Shown in pieces: positions 35,993 to 48,171 of a stretch of 64,000 nt of DNA. A program made the translations under genes and the position numbers. The DNA comes from Microthyrium microscopicum. Taxonomy: Eukaryota. Location of the stretch: NCBI GenBank assembly GCA_010405405.1, contig MU004233.1, positions 437,067 to 501,066 on the forward strand. Reading direction: 5' to 3'. Position 1 is the stretch's first letter. Each line of letters opens with the position of its first letter. The notes under the pieces were generated by a model that did no database searches, was not told where the DNA came from, and saw only the letters and a program-made list of their open reading frames with translations.

Positions 35993-37039
35993 ATGTCCTT
36001 TTCCTCATCTACCTCAATTGGAAAACAGCGATCGTCTTGCAATCGCTGTCACCTTCACAAGCTTCGTTGCATCAAGCGACAAGACACAAACACATGCATT
36101 CGCTGTGCTAATGCCGCAAGTCCATGTGTCTTCAGTCAATCTCGACAAGGCACTCGTCCTCGGAAGAAGACTACGAAACAAGCACAGCCTCTGGAGGATG
36201 AATTTCTTGAACCGGTGATGCTGGCTTTACATCCGGAATATGGATCATCCGCTGCTACGATGGTCGATACGCCGGTTCTAGAGGATTTTGGATTTTCATC
36301 ACCTTCCACTGACATGGCTCGGATGGATGCATTCGATCTCAACCTCATTTCAGGGATGCCTGAGATCTCTACCATTCCAGACCTTCCTCTCCCTAGCCTA
36401 GGACTCGATCATGACCTGGCCGTGCTGTCTCAAGATATAAGGAAAGGGCTTCAAGCAATACCACCCTTAACTATCTGGGACAGCGCGGATATCGACCCAG
36501 AATCAGCATCCTTCCAAGTCGATAAGCTTTTTGTAGTCACACAAACTTTAGCCGATATCTATCTGCAATTGAACGCCTCTTCGGATGCGCATTTCACTAC
36601 CGAGTCATTTGTCTTTTTGGTTCTTTCCTGCCATCATCGACTTTTCGACATGTGGAAGTTAATGTTTCAGCATATGCGAAGGTGTATTGACCATCAGGCG
36701 GAATCTCTGAGTATCTCAGTGCCATCGTTCGAAATGGGCGCTTTCAAGTCGTCCCCTTACTCGACCGTCACTCTACAGACTGCACTGATGGTTCAATTTG
36801 CGAAACGGTTGCATCGGGGTATACGGGATCTGTATCAAAGAGTGACACTGTTCAGCGGTTCTCAAAAAGATCCGGATCTAGTTGATTTTGAAACAGCGGT
36901 ATTGGACGATATAGAGCCTGAGGTAGACAGCAGTCGTGCTATACAGCTTAGTTGTAGAAGCACGGCAGATAGAGCTGCAACTATGGTAAGGGATGTTCAA
37001 GATGCTATTTCGAAGATTCCGGAAAAATATATGATATAG
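35993..37039 (+). CDS. Zn(II)2Cys6 transcription factor
   Basis: SCNRCHLHKLRCIKRQDTNTCIRCANAASPCVFS binuclear cluster motif. Confidence 0.88.
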   Translation: MSFSSSTSIGKQRSSCNRCHLHKLRCIKRQDTNTCIRCANAASPCVFSQSRQGTRPRKKTTKQAQPLEDEFLEPVMLALHPEYGSSAATMVDTPVLEDFGFSSPSTDMARMDAFDLNLISGMPEISTIPDLPLPSLGLDHDLAVLSQDIRKGLQAIPPLTIWDSADIDPESASFQVDKLFVVTQTLADIYLQLNASSDAHFTTESFVFLVLSCHHRLFDMWKLMFQHMRRCIDHQAESLSISVPSFEMGAFKSSPYSTVTLQTALMVQFAKRLHRGIRDLYQRVTLFSGSQKDPDLVDFETAVLDDIEPEVDSSRAIQLSCRSTADRAATMVRDVQDAISKIPEKYMI

Positions 37040-37390
37040 CAGCGAGCCTTCGCAATCGCTCAGTCAAAACGGTATCAGTCAGGCCGCTTAATCTTACAGT
37101 ACTTGATGCTTGTATCGCCCAATGTGTTGGAAATGGTATACCCATTGTGCTTCCATTACTCTAGATACCGACATGGCAGCTTGACTTGTTACGGATTATT
37201 CAGAAAAAATTGAGGCACAGTAACAACTAACAAGCCAATGGAGAACCTCCCATTTCTTAGAACAAATATCTGCTAAGTCATGCTATTATGCTCCACTTGA
37301 TTGGGAGTTTTCGACCTTTCAGCCATGACCTTGCATCGCTCCTTCATCCACAACAACAACGTGTACAAAGTTATACAATAATACGACACA

Positions 37391-37981
37391 ATGCCAACTA
37401 AATCCACCATTCTCCCAAAATCCTGGCCGACAGATCTCGCGGTGACCTACCTCACTCAGCTCAAGTATTCCTCCAAGATAACACCAGGCATCCTTACAGC
37501 ACTAAACACCCCACCACCAGCAAACACCATCATAAATACCCCAATTTCTCCCTCCGCCATTATCCGCATCCGACCCATCACCCTATCGACCCATCCGGCA
37601 TATAACCAGCACGGCCTTTTCGCGCTTCGCGCTCTACAACCCGATAGCTTCATCCTGCTCTACCTAGGCTACGTACATACCCAAGATGACACGGATGAGA
37701 CAAGCGACTACGACCTCAGCATGGACCGCGAACTAGGCGTTAGCATCGATGCTGCCAAAATGGGAAATGAAGCACGTTTCATCAACGATTACCGCGGCAT
37801 CACCGCTCGCCCGAATGCAGAGTTTCGCGATGTCTGGATCCGCCAAGGCGCGCGTGTGGAACGGCGTATCGGCGTATATGTCAAGCGTGACGTTGGCAAA
37901 AAAGGCATCAGCAAGGGTGAGGAGATCGTAGTGAGCTACGGCAAAGGATTCTGGAACGAGCGAACTGGCGCTACCGAATGA
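37391..37981 (+). CDS. Small stand-alone SET-domain protein
   Basis: QHGLFA, YLGYVH, IDAAKMGNEARFINDYRG, ISKGEEIVVSYGKGFW. Confidence 0.88.
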   Translation: MPTKSTILPKSWPTDLAVTYLTQLKYSSKITPGILTALNTPPPANTIINTPISPSAIIRIRPITLSTHPAYNQHGLFALRALQPDSFILLYLGYVHTQDDTDETSDYDLSMDRELGVSIDAAKMGNEARFINDYRGITARPNAEFRDVWIRQGARVERRIGVYVKRDVGKKGISKGEEIVVSYGKGFWNERTGATE

Positions 37982-38030
37982 GGTTTCACGAAAAATGACC
38001 ATCTATTGTAATATATAGGGGAGAGGTGCT

Positions 38031-39806
38031 CTAGTCCATCTTCTTCCCAGCAGCCTCTGGCACCATTCCTTTCGCTTCTGCCTCAGCGACAGCTTCTGGG
38101 TCATCAATGTCGATACCGAGACGCTCGAGCTCGATTTGGCGGACGGGTCCGGTGAACCATTTGCGGGCCCAGGGGAACCAGCTGGCGGCTATGAAGAAGG
38201 CGACTATGCCGACGGCGACGGGCGTGTAGTTGAGGGTTTGCTCACCCACGGGATTTAGGGTTGGTAGGCAGAAGACGATGGTGATGAATGTTACCTGTTA
38301 CAATTAGTTGAAAATATCTCGGGAATGTGAGGGGAGGACTTACCCAGAGACAGGCTATGATGCCGCAGGGCCGAGAGAATTTGCCAAGCGTCCAGACACC
38401 GCGCTTGAAGTTTGCTGGCCAAATGACAGCGATGAGAATGGGGATGGTGTAGCTGACGTAGAGACCAATGGTTGCGATACTTGTTGCTGCCGAAAAGGCT
38501 ACTGCGGATCCCAGACTGGGCAAAGCTAGGATGAAAGCTAATGTTGCAGCAAGCCAGATGGTTCGGGTTGGGCTGTGGAAGCGCTTGTCAACGTGGTCGA
38601 AGAAGTGTGGTAATGCGCGATCGCGACTGAAGGCAAACATCATGCGCGAATTACTTGTCAGAGAAAACAGTCCACAATGCCAGACACAGATCATGACGAG
38701 GCACATGGCTACTACTGCTCCGGTTTTGCCGAAGACATCGACGAAAATTTGGAGAACGGGTTGGGCGTATTCGCTGTTGATTGTACGGTCGAGATCTTGG
38801 ATCGAGAAGAGCAGACATAGCATGTAGAACCAGCCAAATAGAAATGATACACCAATGCTAGTTATAACGCCGATTGGCGCACTGCGTGACGCATCGCGAG
38901 TTTCTTCTGAGAGATGCGCAGAAGCATCAAAACCAGTGATGCTGTGAACAGTGAGTTCTTTGAGCAATCAAGCAGTCATAGTTGGAGACTTACGTATATT
39001 GAGCTACCAGAATACCACAAATGGCAACATATGCTGGACTGGCTCTTTCGCTCCACCCTGGCGCACCATCGACTCCTGTTCCATCATTGAAGGTAGCGAA
39101 TACCTGTTTTGCGCTCATATGCGTTGGCGCTTTTGCAACAACTGCAATTGCAAGCGATCCAACTCCAAGGGAATGAAGTATGATGGAGGAATTGTTCAGA
39201 TATCGAAGAATATGGACACCAAATGTATTCACAAGGCCATGTGATACCAAAATCGCCAAATGAATCGCGATTGTCTTTCCAGGTGTAGGCGTGTAGTCGT
39301 TCAATACTGTCGCTGTGGTTGAGATCAATCCAGCCAGACCAAAGTCAATACCCGTCGTTACAGCAAACTGGCCCACAAAATTGGACCATCCAGTAACCCA
39401 CGCGAGGAATGGCGCGTATTCCTTGGGAGCCAGCATAGCTGCCCAGAAGTATGGTCCTCCAGATGTAGGGATTGCGGAGACGATTTCGGCCATGGAGAGA
39501 CCGACGAACATGGTCATCATACACACGATGAGCCAGCCTATAGACATGACGCCTGGTCCTCCAGTAACTAGACCGAAGCTGAAGAGGGTAGTGATACCAG
39601 TGACGATACTCTATCAAAAGCTGTTAGTATCTTGCCCAAATGTGCTCCAGGATTGTACGTACAATGATAGAGAAAGAAACACCAAAATTGTGCATAACAC
39701 TCCAATCTCTCTGCAACTCTTGCTTATACCCCAGCTCTGCAAGTTTACTCTCATCTGCTATCTCAACCGTAGACATCTTGCGCCCAGTCCCGTGTTCTGT
39801 AGCCAT
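38031..39806 (-). CDS. APC-family amino acid/GABA permease (spliced)
   Basis: LAELGYKQELQR, SMAEIVSAIPTSGGPYFWA, GFDASAHLSEET, SRMMFAFSRDRALP, LNYTPVAVG. Confidence 0.93.
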
Positions 39807-41947
39807 ACTTGCAGTTCGCGATCAGCTCACAGCCTATTCAAATTATGCGATTAAGGACGAAACCGCGAAAGAACAAGAACGCGACCAAAAGCCAGCTCCC
39901 CTCGCGGGCGGATAGGCGATTCGTTTTGTATGCAGTCATAACTGATAAGTGTCGAGGCTCTAACTGCGTCTGGCCTAGACTGGCGTGGTGGATGCATGGT
40001 CTCGCGTGTGCGACCATCTCCACTTGCATTTCAATTGCTACCTCACCCACTCTCTTTATCATCACAGCTTGGCATACCTCGTGGTCTGGAACTCATATCT
40101 GCCTATCGCCAAATGAACTATGGAGTGAATGGTGAGAAGAGCTGTTGCATCCGGGCAGACCTTACTGGTCGCAGCTTCGGGCCGAGTACCAGTACTTGAC
40201 GGCGACCGCGGTCCTGGTAACTGGGTCTTGGTACTCATGTACAATCGCAGCGTCTTCCTACCGGTAGATATATGTGACTTGGTCTGATGGGTTTTGATGA
40301 AAAGGTATGTTTCTATAACTGCAGCGAACTTGATTATTACGGCACCATGATTATCAATACAATTGTGCGTACGGTAGACGATTTAACGATTTAACGTGGT
40401 GGTTGGGACGACTCGTACCGTGCCTACCCCTGTACAGATCTATATCCACATAAATGTACCAAAGCGGCATGGCTTCAGATGTTTTTGGTGTGAGAAGGGT
40501 TTGTCTCCATTCTTAAAAAGGCAAATTAATCAAATGGTTACAGTAGAGTGAATTGAGGATCCGCTTTCATTAGGGTGTGTATATCTCTCAAATTTGTCAC
40601 CTCTATGACGTTGATACGAGTACTATCAAAGCAATAATTGTGGTTATGTGTTTCGATCAGCCAGTCTCGATGAGGACAACTTCATTGGACTGGATTACAA
40701 AAGATTGTGAAAGTTAGATATTTTGGAGATCATTGGGCTTCGTGTTATCCTTTCGAAAACGAAAGACATCAGATATTGGAGAACTCAAGTCAATATTTTG
40801 CAGTGAATCAAGTCACAAACGGTCACTATAAACCTGTAAGGAAATAATCTCTGTGTTGAATATGAAATGATGCGTTGACCATAGATTTCCATATAGAAGT
40901 ATAGAAGTAAGTTCCAAAGTATTCTCCAGTGGGAAGCGACCGAGTTGGCTGCCTCCTCCCTTTCCCGTCAGAGTTCTGAACACTTCGGTCCTTGTTGGGA
41001 CTTTATTTGCACTAAGCAGGCATTTAGTCACACAATCGTACTGAAGAACTTGTACAATACCTTAGCGAGTTTCTTATTGCATGTGCCATGCCTACATCAC
41101 AAGAGGATAACCCCAGTGCAGTATTGGCCTGGCTGAGAGCAACCTGCTCTTCCTTCCAGATGGGAAGCATTGGTGACAGCAATGCCAGAGATGGCAAGTA
41201 GGAGAAGACTGCAAAGCTTCCTGGTGGGAGTTACAGTTTGGCTCAAGTTGATGCTGTTGGTTGATAGAACACGTTCTTGACTTCTTCCATCTGCAAGCGT
41301 ATGGGATTCTTATATGTAATTTGCCCAGGTAGGTATGGACATCATGATGATTCATGATTTTTTGTGCTACAGAGCAGACATAATTTTACTCATTGCACAA
41401 CTTGCGGCATGAATGGCTCTGGGAGGTACCATCTCGAGATCAGCCAAGGTGATTACCGACATATATCCTGTGAAGTTGATTCGTTTCAAGGAAGGACCAG
41501 AGATGTGCATTCAGTCACAAAGTGCATGCGCAAATGGCATGTTGTCGCCTCGCCACATGCTGTAGAACGTAAGCGGCGAACTGACCTTCCATGGGAAAAA
41601 TTCTGGAATCTGCATTGTCTGTCATAGAGTGCTGATTGTGAGTAGTATGCCTATGGCCTTAGAAATCCACTATGATTTTTGATATCAACTCATTTCATGT
41701 AAAGACATAACTTTCTGGCATTAGTTGAGGTACTGGCGTCCAACGTTATGAAAGGATAATAAAGCAATCACAAATTGCAATGTCCTACCCAGTCTCACAA
41801 CGCTGGTGATAGCAGCTTTCATACTGGGAAGGAATTATATATTGAAAAACAACCATTGTTCTCGCAAATCGTTTTGATAGTAGACCTGGTGAATAGGCAA
41901 GAAACACAGGAGAGAAGCCCATTAACTGCACATTTCAAGCTCTTATT

Positions 41948-42812
41948 CTACGAGAGACTTGTCCCATTCAAAATCGCAGTCCTTGCCGTCGTAATTGCCG
42001 TCGTAATCTCTCCATCAAACGTAGCCGTCAGCACAGTATCACTTCTCTGGTAACCAAGCTCAACCGGAAACCTCTCCTCATCCAACCAAGCCTTTACAAT
42101 ATCCTTTTTTGCCTGCCTCGCTGCGCCTTCTCCTAGTCCAGTGACCAACAACACAAACGCTGCTTCGCCTAGCGAAACACCTACAAAGTGATCACTCAGG
42201 GGTGGACTTCCCGCTGCCACACTTTCCTTCTCTCGGCGTACGCGAGATATAGCCAGAGAGTTCGTAGTAATGAATCCAGTGTCTGAATCTGCGAGCAAAG
42301 CATCGACCAGGGACGGCTGGACTGTTAGCGTTTGTCCTTGAATCTTGTCAAGCCGGGTCAGTGATGCGTCATGTTCATCAACGTCATGAACGTCCAACTG
42401 GTCGAGCGAAAAGGACGCAGACTCATTAGCAGGCGCACCGAGAGCCCCAATGGCTCCGTTTGTGATGATGGCGGCAAATGATGGGTCAACGTTCAAGGCT
42501 GTGGCAATCCCATCTGTAAAGTTTGTCTTGGTGATACCTTTGCCGTCTCTCGAACTGGATCTTTTTTAGTATTTGGGATGAGTGAAAGGGAATGGAAGAG
42601 TACATGAAACCGTGGTTGGCTAGTGTGTTGAGAAGTGGACAGGGAGCCCGACGTGCGTCTGGAATCTTGGATGCGGGAATCCAGGCGTGGTTTGCGAGGA
42701 AAGCATCGCTGGATTGACGAGATACCAGATCACGGGCATTGTGATAACTGGGGAGAGCCTCAGTTAAGAGAATTGGTAGGAAACTGGTTAGAAGGATGGT
42801 GGGAAAATGCAT
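41948..42812 (-). CDS. Secreted heme-thiolate peroxidase (short unspecific peroxygenase / chloroperoxidase-like)
   Basis: Signal peptide, RAPCPLLNTLANHGF heme-ligand motif and EHDASLTRLD; one intron. Confidence 0.9.
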
Positions 42813-43957
42813 TGTGTGAGAATGACTTTGGTCAATATTATAGAATGTTCAGAATACCATTACTGCATCAGAAGTTATGAGACTGGACGGGCTTTTATAT
42901 CTATACGTGAGTGGTATTCCTAAATAACGATCTACGAAACTACCATCGGTTAGTAGGATATCAAAACATCGGCATACATTGTCGCCGCGGTAGATGCTGG
43001 ATCAACAACCTAGACAGAAGTGGTCAAGCACTTAGGTTAATGAGATGCTTCATTGGACAGTTAGAAGTTCTGTACATCGCTACCGTGATCAAGGACGAGG
43101 AACAAAGGATCTGCACCAGCAAGATTCAAGGGGGGATGGTCAAGTGGGTACTTGTTGAGGCTCCTATAGGTGTCTCGACCGGCACATACGACTCTTTCTG
43201 CTCAGCATCACTGAGTTGATAATCAGCCAAGAAAGTATGTAGGAGGCTCGGAAAGCCGACTGAGGAGTGATTATAGGCCTGCAAACACCCAAAAGTGGTA
43301 AGATAATCGATATTTGGAATAGATCCTTGAGAGTTTTGATCGTGGACATTCTGGGCGTACCGTCCCATGGGTATCCGGGAATAGAGCTAAGTTGAGAGTT
43401 GAATCTTCTCTAAATAAATAAAAAACTCACCTTTACATTCTTGATACATGCGTTCTTGACTTGTCTTCGTCTTTTCCACTCTTTGAAATCAGTTCAACTG
43501 TACTTCGTAGTTATTCCAGTAAAAGTCTGGGGATGTGCGTGGGAATTTTGTGCATGCATGTAACTAATATCTGACTTGAGGCATAAAAGATCTAGGACAC
43601 TATAGATCTACACAGGGTTTGATACGTGCCTTGCAAGTAGCAGTACGCATACGAGAAAGCGCTTTTGCGCCATCACCATCCAATCGATGCTTCCCTGCTG
43701 ATGAAATACGCGGGCTGAATCTAGGAAACCTATACTGATTCATGAAACAAACTCGCAAAATACGCCAGAGGCCAGGACAACTTTTTCACAAGGGCAGAAC
43801 AACACAATCAACTAAGAGCACCAAGCGGCCACAAGTATAAATTGCATTTCGATGCAGAGGAGAAGATGCTCCTTAAACCAGTTAGTATGGCTCAAATATT
43901 CAAGCGTTTCCCTAGGAAATATACTCACTAATCTTCAATGCCAAATCTCACGATGAC

Positions 43958-44440
43958 TTAAAGCTGCCAGTACGTTAAACGGCTCGTAGATTGACTCGCT
44001 GGTCGGCTTGACCGGTTCGCCGACCTTGAGAGCTGGCCTGGGTCTCGCCCAGCCATGTACGTGTGCCCGGGAGCGGTCTTTGCTCTGTTCAGCTTCAATA
44101 ATAGGAAAGCGATCGTAGCAAGGGAGACACCTAGTAGCGAGCTACGAACGGCACCAAGGACAGTGATTGAAGTATCAATCTGACCGCTGCCACCAGCACT
44201 ACCCGTCGCTACTTGTTCAGCATGTGGACGGGCAGAAGGTTTGATAGCTAGAATCTCCAATGGTTCTGTCAGTATAGCCATCTGCGTAGAGGAAGCTGAC
44301 GCTGGAAGTAGATCCAATGCCCGGGTGGAGGCATACTCCGGATGCAAGACAAATGTCTTTATGAGCCTCATCGCAGCAGGACCTGTGGTAGTTTTGGTTT
44401 CTAATGATGCTGCCGTTGCATGGCTGATAGTATCTCACAG
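43958..44440 (-). pseudogene. Probable relic of a Cys-rich, membrane-anchored protein
   Basis: SCCDEAHKDICLASGVC...YADGYTD...FCPSTC* is followed in another frame by a TM-like segment (GAVRSSLLGVSLATIAFLLL). No clean start or splice solution was found. Confidence 0.35.
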
Positions 44441-44552
44441 ACTCAAATTTGAGACCAGTTGTGTCATGGAGGTCGATTTTAATTCGTAAGTTAATGAAGG
44501 TTCCGGGCCAAAGGGATGTGCAACTATGAGGCAGTAGTGCTCGCTTTGAGCC

Positions 44553-46706
44553 TTACAGCAAACTTTCCCAGGCAGACCAATCAACCATATCAAAGTCAAA
44601 ACCGATTGGTAGTTGCTGAGCTATGTCGTTTATGAGTGGTTGTTCGACTTCGTCAGGTAAGGGCATATCGAAATTGAGGTACAACTTCCGAATCCAGTCA
44701 GGGGTTCCATCAATCAATGGGCTATTGACGGTTTTCTGCGTCCGATGAAGGCGAAAGTCGTTATTGCGCCACGCAGCAATCGTAATACGCGCTATGAATC
44801 TCACTTCAGGCTGATCGACAGCCGTTAGAAGATCTGGATGTACTTCATACACACGGCCAATGATGTCCCATAGATCCGCAACCGTCTCTTCGTGAGAACG
44901 CTGATGAGCTTCAAGGACCACATAAACAACTAGAATGAAGTATCAGAATATCTCACAGCTGATTGAAGTAAAGAGGAAAGACACGACAACACTTACAACA
45001 GGCAACCTGAAAATGGACATCGTTGCTCCAGCGGAACCCCAAGAGAGACGGAGTTGTCTGACTCATCACGAAGTACTCCAAGCTCTTTGAGCAAATCTCA
45101 AGCATCTCATTACGCCTTTCTATTGTCATTTCAGAGATTTTAGCATTCGACAGTGACGGCTGTCGCGCACTGCTACGAGCTGCAAGCACAAATTGACGAA
45201 TACCGATCTGTATGTGAACATGGAGGGGATTAATTGGTTCACAATGTTGCAAAAACCGCTCCGCCAACATCTTCTCGATGCTATTAATTTTGGCCTCCTT
45301 TTCTTCAAGTGGCACCTGCGGAGATAGCGGCCAAGTCAGCTTTTCAAAGCCATCCTTGGCTGGCGCTTCACGGTTCATCTGGATGATGCTATATCTCCAT
45401 AGGCAGGGCGACATATCGGTAAGACCTTTGCGCTCGGCGGGCATGGCTACCATATCCGAGCTCAGATCGCTGTCTTCCAGGTTCGAAGGGATCTTGGTAT
45501 CCCAGCTACTGGCAAACACGGTCAAGGAAACATTGCCAACCAGACGCGCGATAGCAATGTCCATGTATTGCAGTTGCCACCACATGCGTCTTCGTTCTTC
45601 GGTCCGTACAGGGAACAGACCGAATACCGTGCCGTCACGATGCAAACCCATTCGTTCGGCGATTCGGCATGCGATGCCCAAAAGCGAGTAGATAGCTGCA
45701 GGTCGTGCTCGATTGCGTATGGCAAGCTGTAGCAAAACTGTCAGTCAGAATCAGGATTATTGACTGCCACATACGAGATAAAACATGAATGCTTGCAAGA
45801 CATAACGGTCTGTTGTCTCTGCATATCTACTAAGCAGTAAAGAACGCTCCAAGCATTGTTGCAATTGTGTTTGAAGACGAGGCTTTTCCTCAGACAGCAT
45901 ATCTCGGCATTGTTCACACGACAAAGTCAAGACAGCGATGAGACTAATTCCAAACAACAGCGACTGTTCGCTCATTGACAGTGAACTGCTTTGCTTCTGT
46001 GTTTTTTGAATCACGGACTCTATTTCCCAGTCGAAGAATATCTTAATCAGGGGATGTGCATTCTTTAAGAAGACTGGCCATAGAATGTGTATGTGTTCAT
46101 CAGTTGACAAGGACGCGAAAGAATCATCGAGTTCAGCTTGTTGGATTGGATCCAGTATTGTCCTTTGGTAATGAGTCTTCGAACTCAGAGCATCTCGTCG
46201 ATCTAAGTTTTTATCGTCATCATGTCCTCTCCAGCTATGCCACATCGGCCTGGATTGTGTATCAGCTGCGCTGAGATCGGTAAGATGCTTTGGCCTGACA
46301 CTTACGTCTCAATATAGGAGACATCGTCGTCATTCTCCACAATCTTTGAGGTTGTTTGGCTAGGTAGCTGCGTCCTTCTCACAAGAGCCGGCCCTCTCTC
46401 AGTAGTTACAAAAACACCACCCGGATTTGACTCGAGAGCGGGAGATGTCCCAGCTTGTGTAGTATCCAGCGGAGCACGCGCATCGAGGTCATTCGGACCA
46501 CCTCCGAGATGTCGTACATATTCTTCGAGCTTCTTGATCCGGACCGCTTGATCCCGTATGCGCTGGTCTTTGACTCCTTCGGAATCAGGATACTTACAAG
46601 TCTCTTGCTTTCGTCGCTTGCAGTGACTGCACGGTTGGAGTCTATCGCAGCGTACTTTTCGTTTTGCACATGGCATACAGCTTACAAGCTTTTTGCTCTG
46701 ATGCAT
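44553..46706 (-). CDS. Zn(II)2Cys6 transcription factor with fungal-specific TF domain (spliced)
   Basis: SCMPCAKRKVRCDRLQPCSHCKRRKQETCKYP; AERMGLHRDG...EERRRMWWQL. Confidence 0.92.
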
Positions 46707-47027
46707 TTTGGGTCAATATCTATCCCATCAGAAGACGTCATCAGTATTTTGGCCATTCAAGATCTGGGTGATGGAGTTGGTAGAGATTTTGAGGAGCTTC
46801 GGGGAAGAGCCGAGCTTCGAGTTCGGGTCCGAACCGAACTAGCTACTGCATTGGCCGTGGCCAGCATTTTCGAAAGAAGTTGCCCAATACACAGTACTGG
46901 TATAGATGGCAAGATAAAAAATGTGAGGAGTTAGCACTGAAGATTCTGGTATTTAAACTCAACTTTCCCCATAGAAAATGGTCAAACATATCTCCTCGAC
47001 ATACTTACCTTGTCCCATACACCAAAC

Positions 47028-47738
47028 ATGCCCACTGGAAAAACCATGCATCAGTCTCATGTCCCCACCGAAGTCCTAGATCGCGCAGCCTGGATGCGTG
47101 GTGGCCATCATGACATCAAAGTCAATCCAGCTCGCACTGCGCATGTCATCATCGACCTCCAGGTCGGCTTCATGGCCGAAGGGGCCCTCCTTGAAATGCC
47201 AGCCGCGCGCGCTATAGTCCCGAACGTCAATCGCGTGTCCCAAGCACTCCGATCAGCCGGGGGGACAATTGCCTACGTCCAATACAAAGTTGATCCCAAA
47301 GAACCACACCATTGGAGATCACACTACGACCGCATGACCCCCGAAGCATACGAGCGTATACGCACAGCATTCACACCCGGCTCGGAACAACATGCCCTAT
47401 GGTCTGGTCTTGACGTCCAGCCCGAGGATTTGATCGTGCCGAAGACGCGCTGGAGCGCCTTCACTCCTGGTACTTGCGATCTTGACGAACTGCTGAGGGC
47501 CAGGGACATCGATACGCTGATTGTTACTGGCACTACGACGAACATTTGCTGCGAGTCGACTATGCGGGACGCGATGCAGATGGGCTATCATGTACTGTTC
47601 GTTCAGGATGGGAATGCGACACATGGGGACGCGCTGCACAATGCTAGTTTGGCGAATATGGTTCTCTTTGGAGATGTAGTTACGGCGGACGAGGCGATTG
47701 CGCGCATCGAGGGTGGCCAGCCTGGCAAAGTCGCGTGA
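47028..47738 (+). CDS. Isochorismatase-family cysteine hydrolase (RutB-like), intronless
   Basis: Catalytic triad motifs IIDLQ (D), VPKTRWSAF (K) and VTGTTTNICCESTMRDA (C). Confidence 0.9.
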   Translation: MPTGKTMHQSHVPTEVLDRAAWMRGGHHDIKVNPARTAHVIIDLQVGFMAEGALLEMPAARAIVPNVNRVSQALRSAGGTIAYVQYKVDPKEPHHWRSHYDRMTPEAYERIRTAFTPGSEQHALWSGLDVQPEDLIVPKTRWSAFTPGTCDLDELLRARDIDTLIVTGTTTNICCESTMRDAMQMGYHVLFVQDGNATHGDALHNASLANMVLFGDVVTADEAIARIEGGQPGKVA

Positions 47739-48171
47739 TGGATAACGGTGATGCGGATGTAGATATTCACAACTAGAAATCTATGAGTTTCATCGTTCAG
47801 AAGCAAGTGAGAGGGTTCTTGCTGATGGCTGTACACTTCATGGTGCTAAACCGACCTAGGTAGAGTACCTCTCAGCACTTTTTCGTCTTGTAAGAATAGT
47901 TAGCTAGCAATGAGATACCTCCAACTAGTAGTAGTACTAATAGCTAGCAATTGGTATTGAGACCTATTGTTAGGATACTCTCGTCTAACATTACGTGCGA
48001 ACTTGAACTGATCAAGTCGATTGTTGGCCTAGGTGCCTGAGGGCGCACGCATGGAACTGGATCATTTCTCCAAAAATGACGTAGCTGGCGTTTCGACGCG
48101 ACTTGATTTCGAGCACCACCACAACTTTCAGCGAACTGCAAAGTCTTCCTCATACTTTCTACGCATCCAAA

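Noticed and set aside
26951..37039. PTH11-like + ABC + Zn2Cys6 as a secondary-metabolite cluster
   Set aside because: There is no PKS/NRPS/terpene synthase, and a housekeeping Mpv17 gene interrupts the group.
39900..41900. Multiple short ORFs in the permease-peroxidase intergenic region
   Set aside because: No recognisable domains or coherent exon chain.
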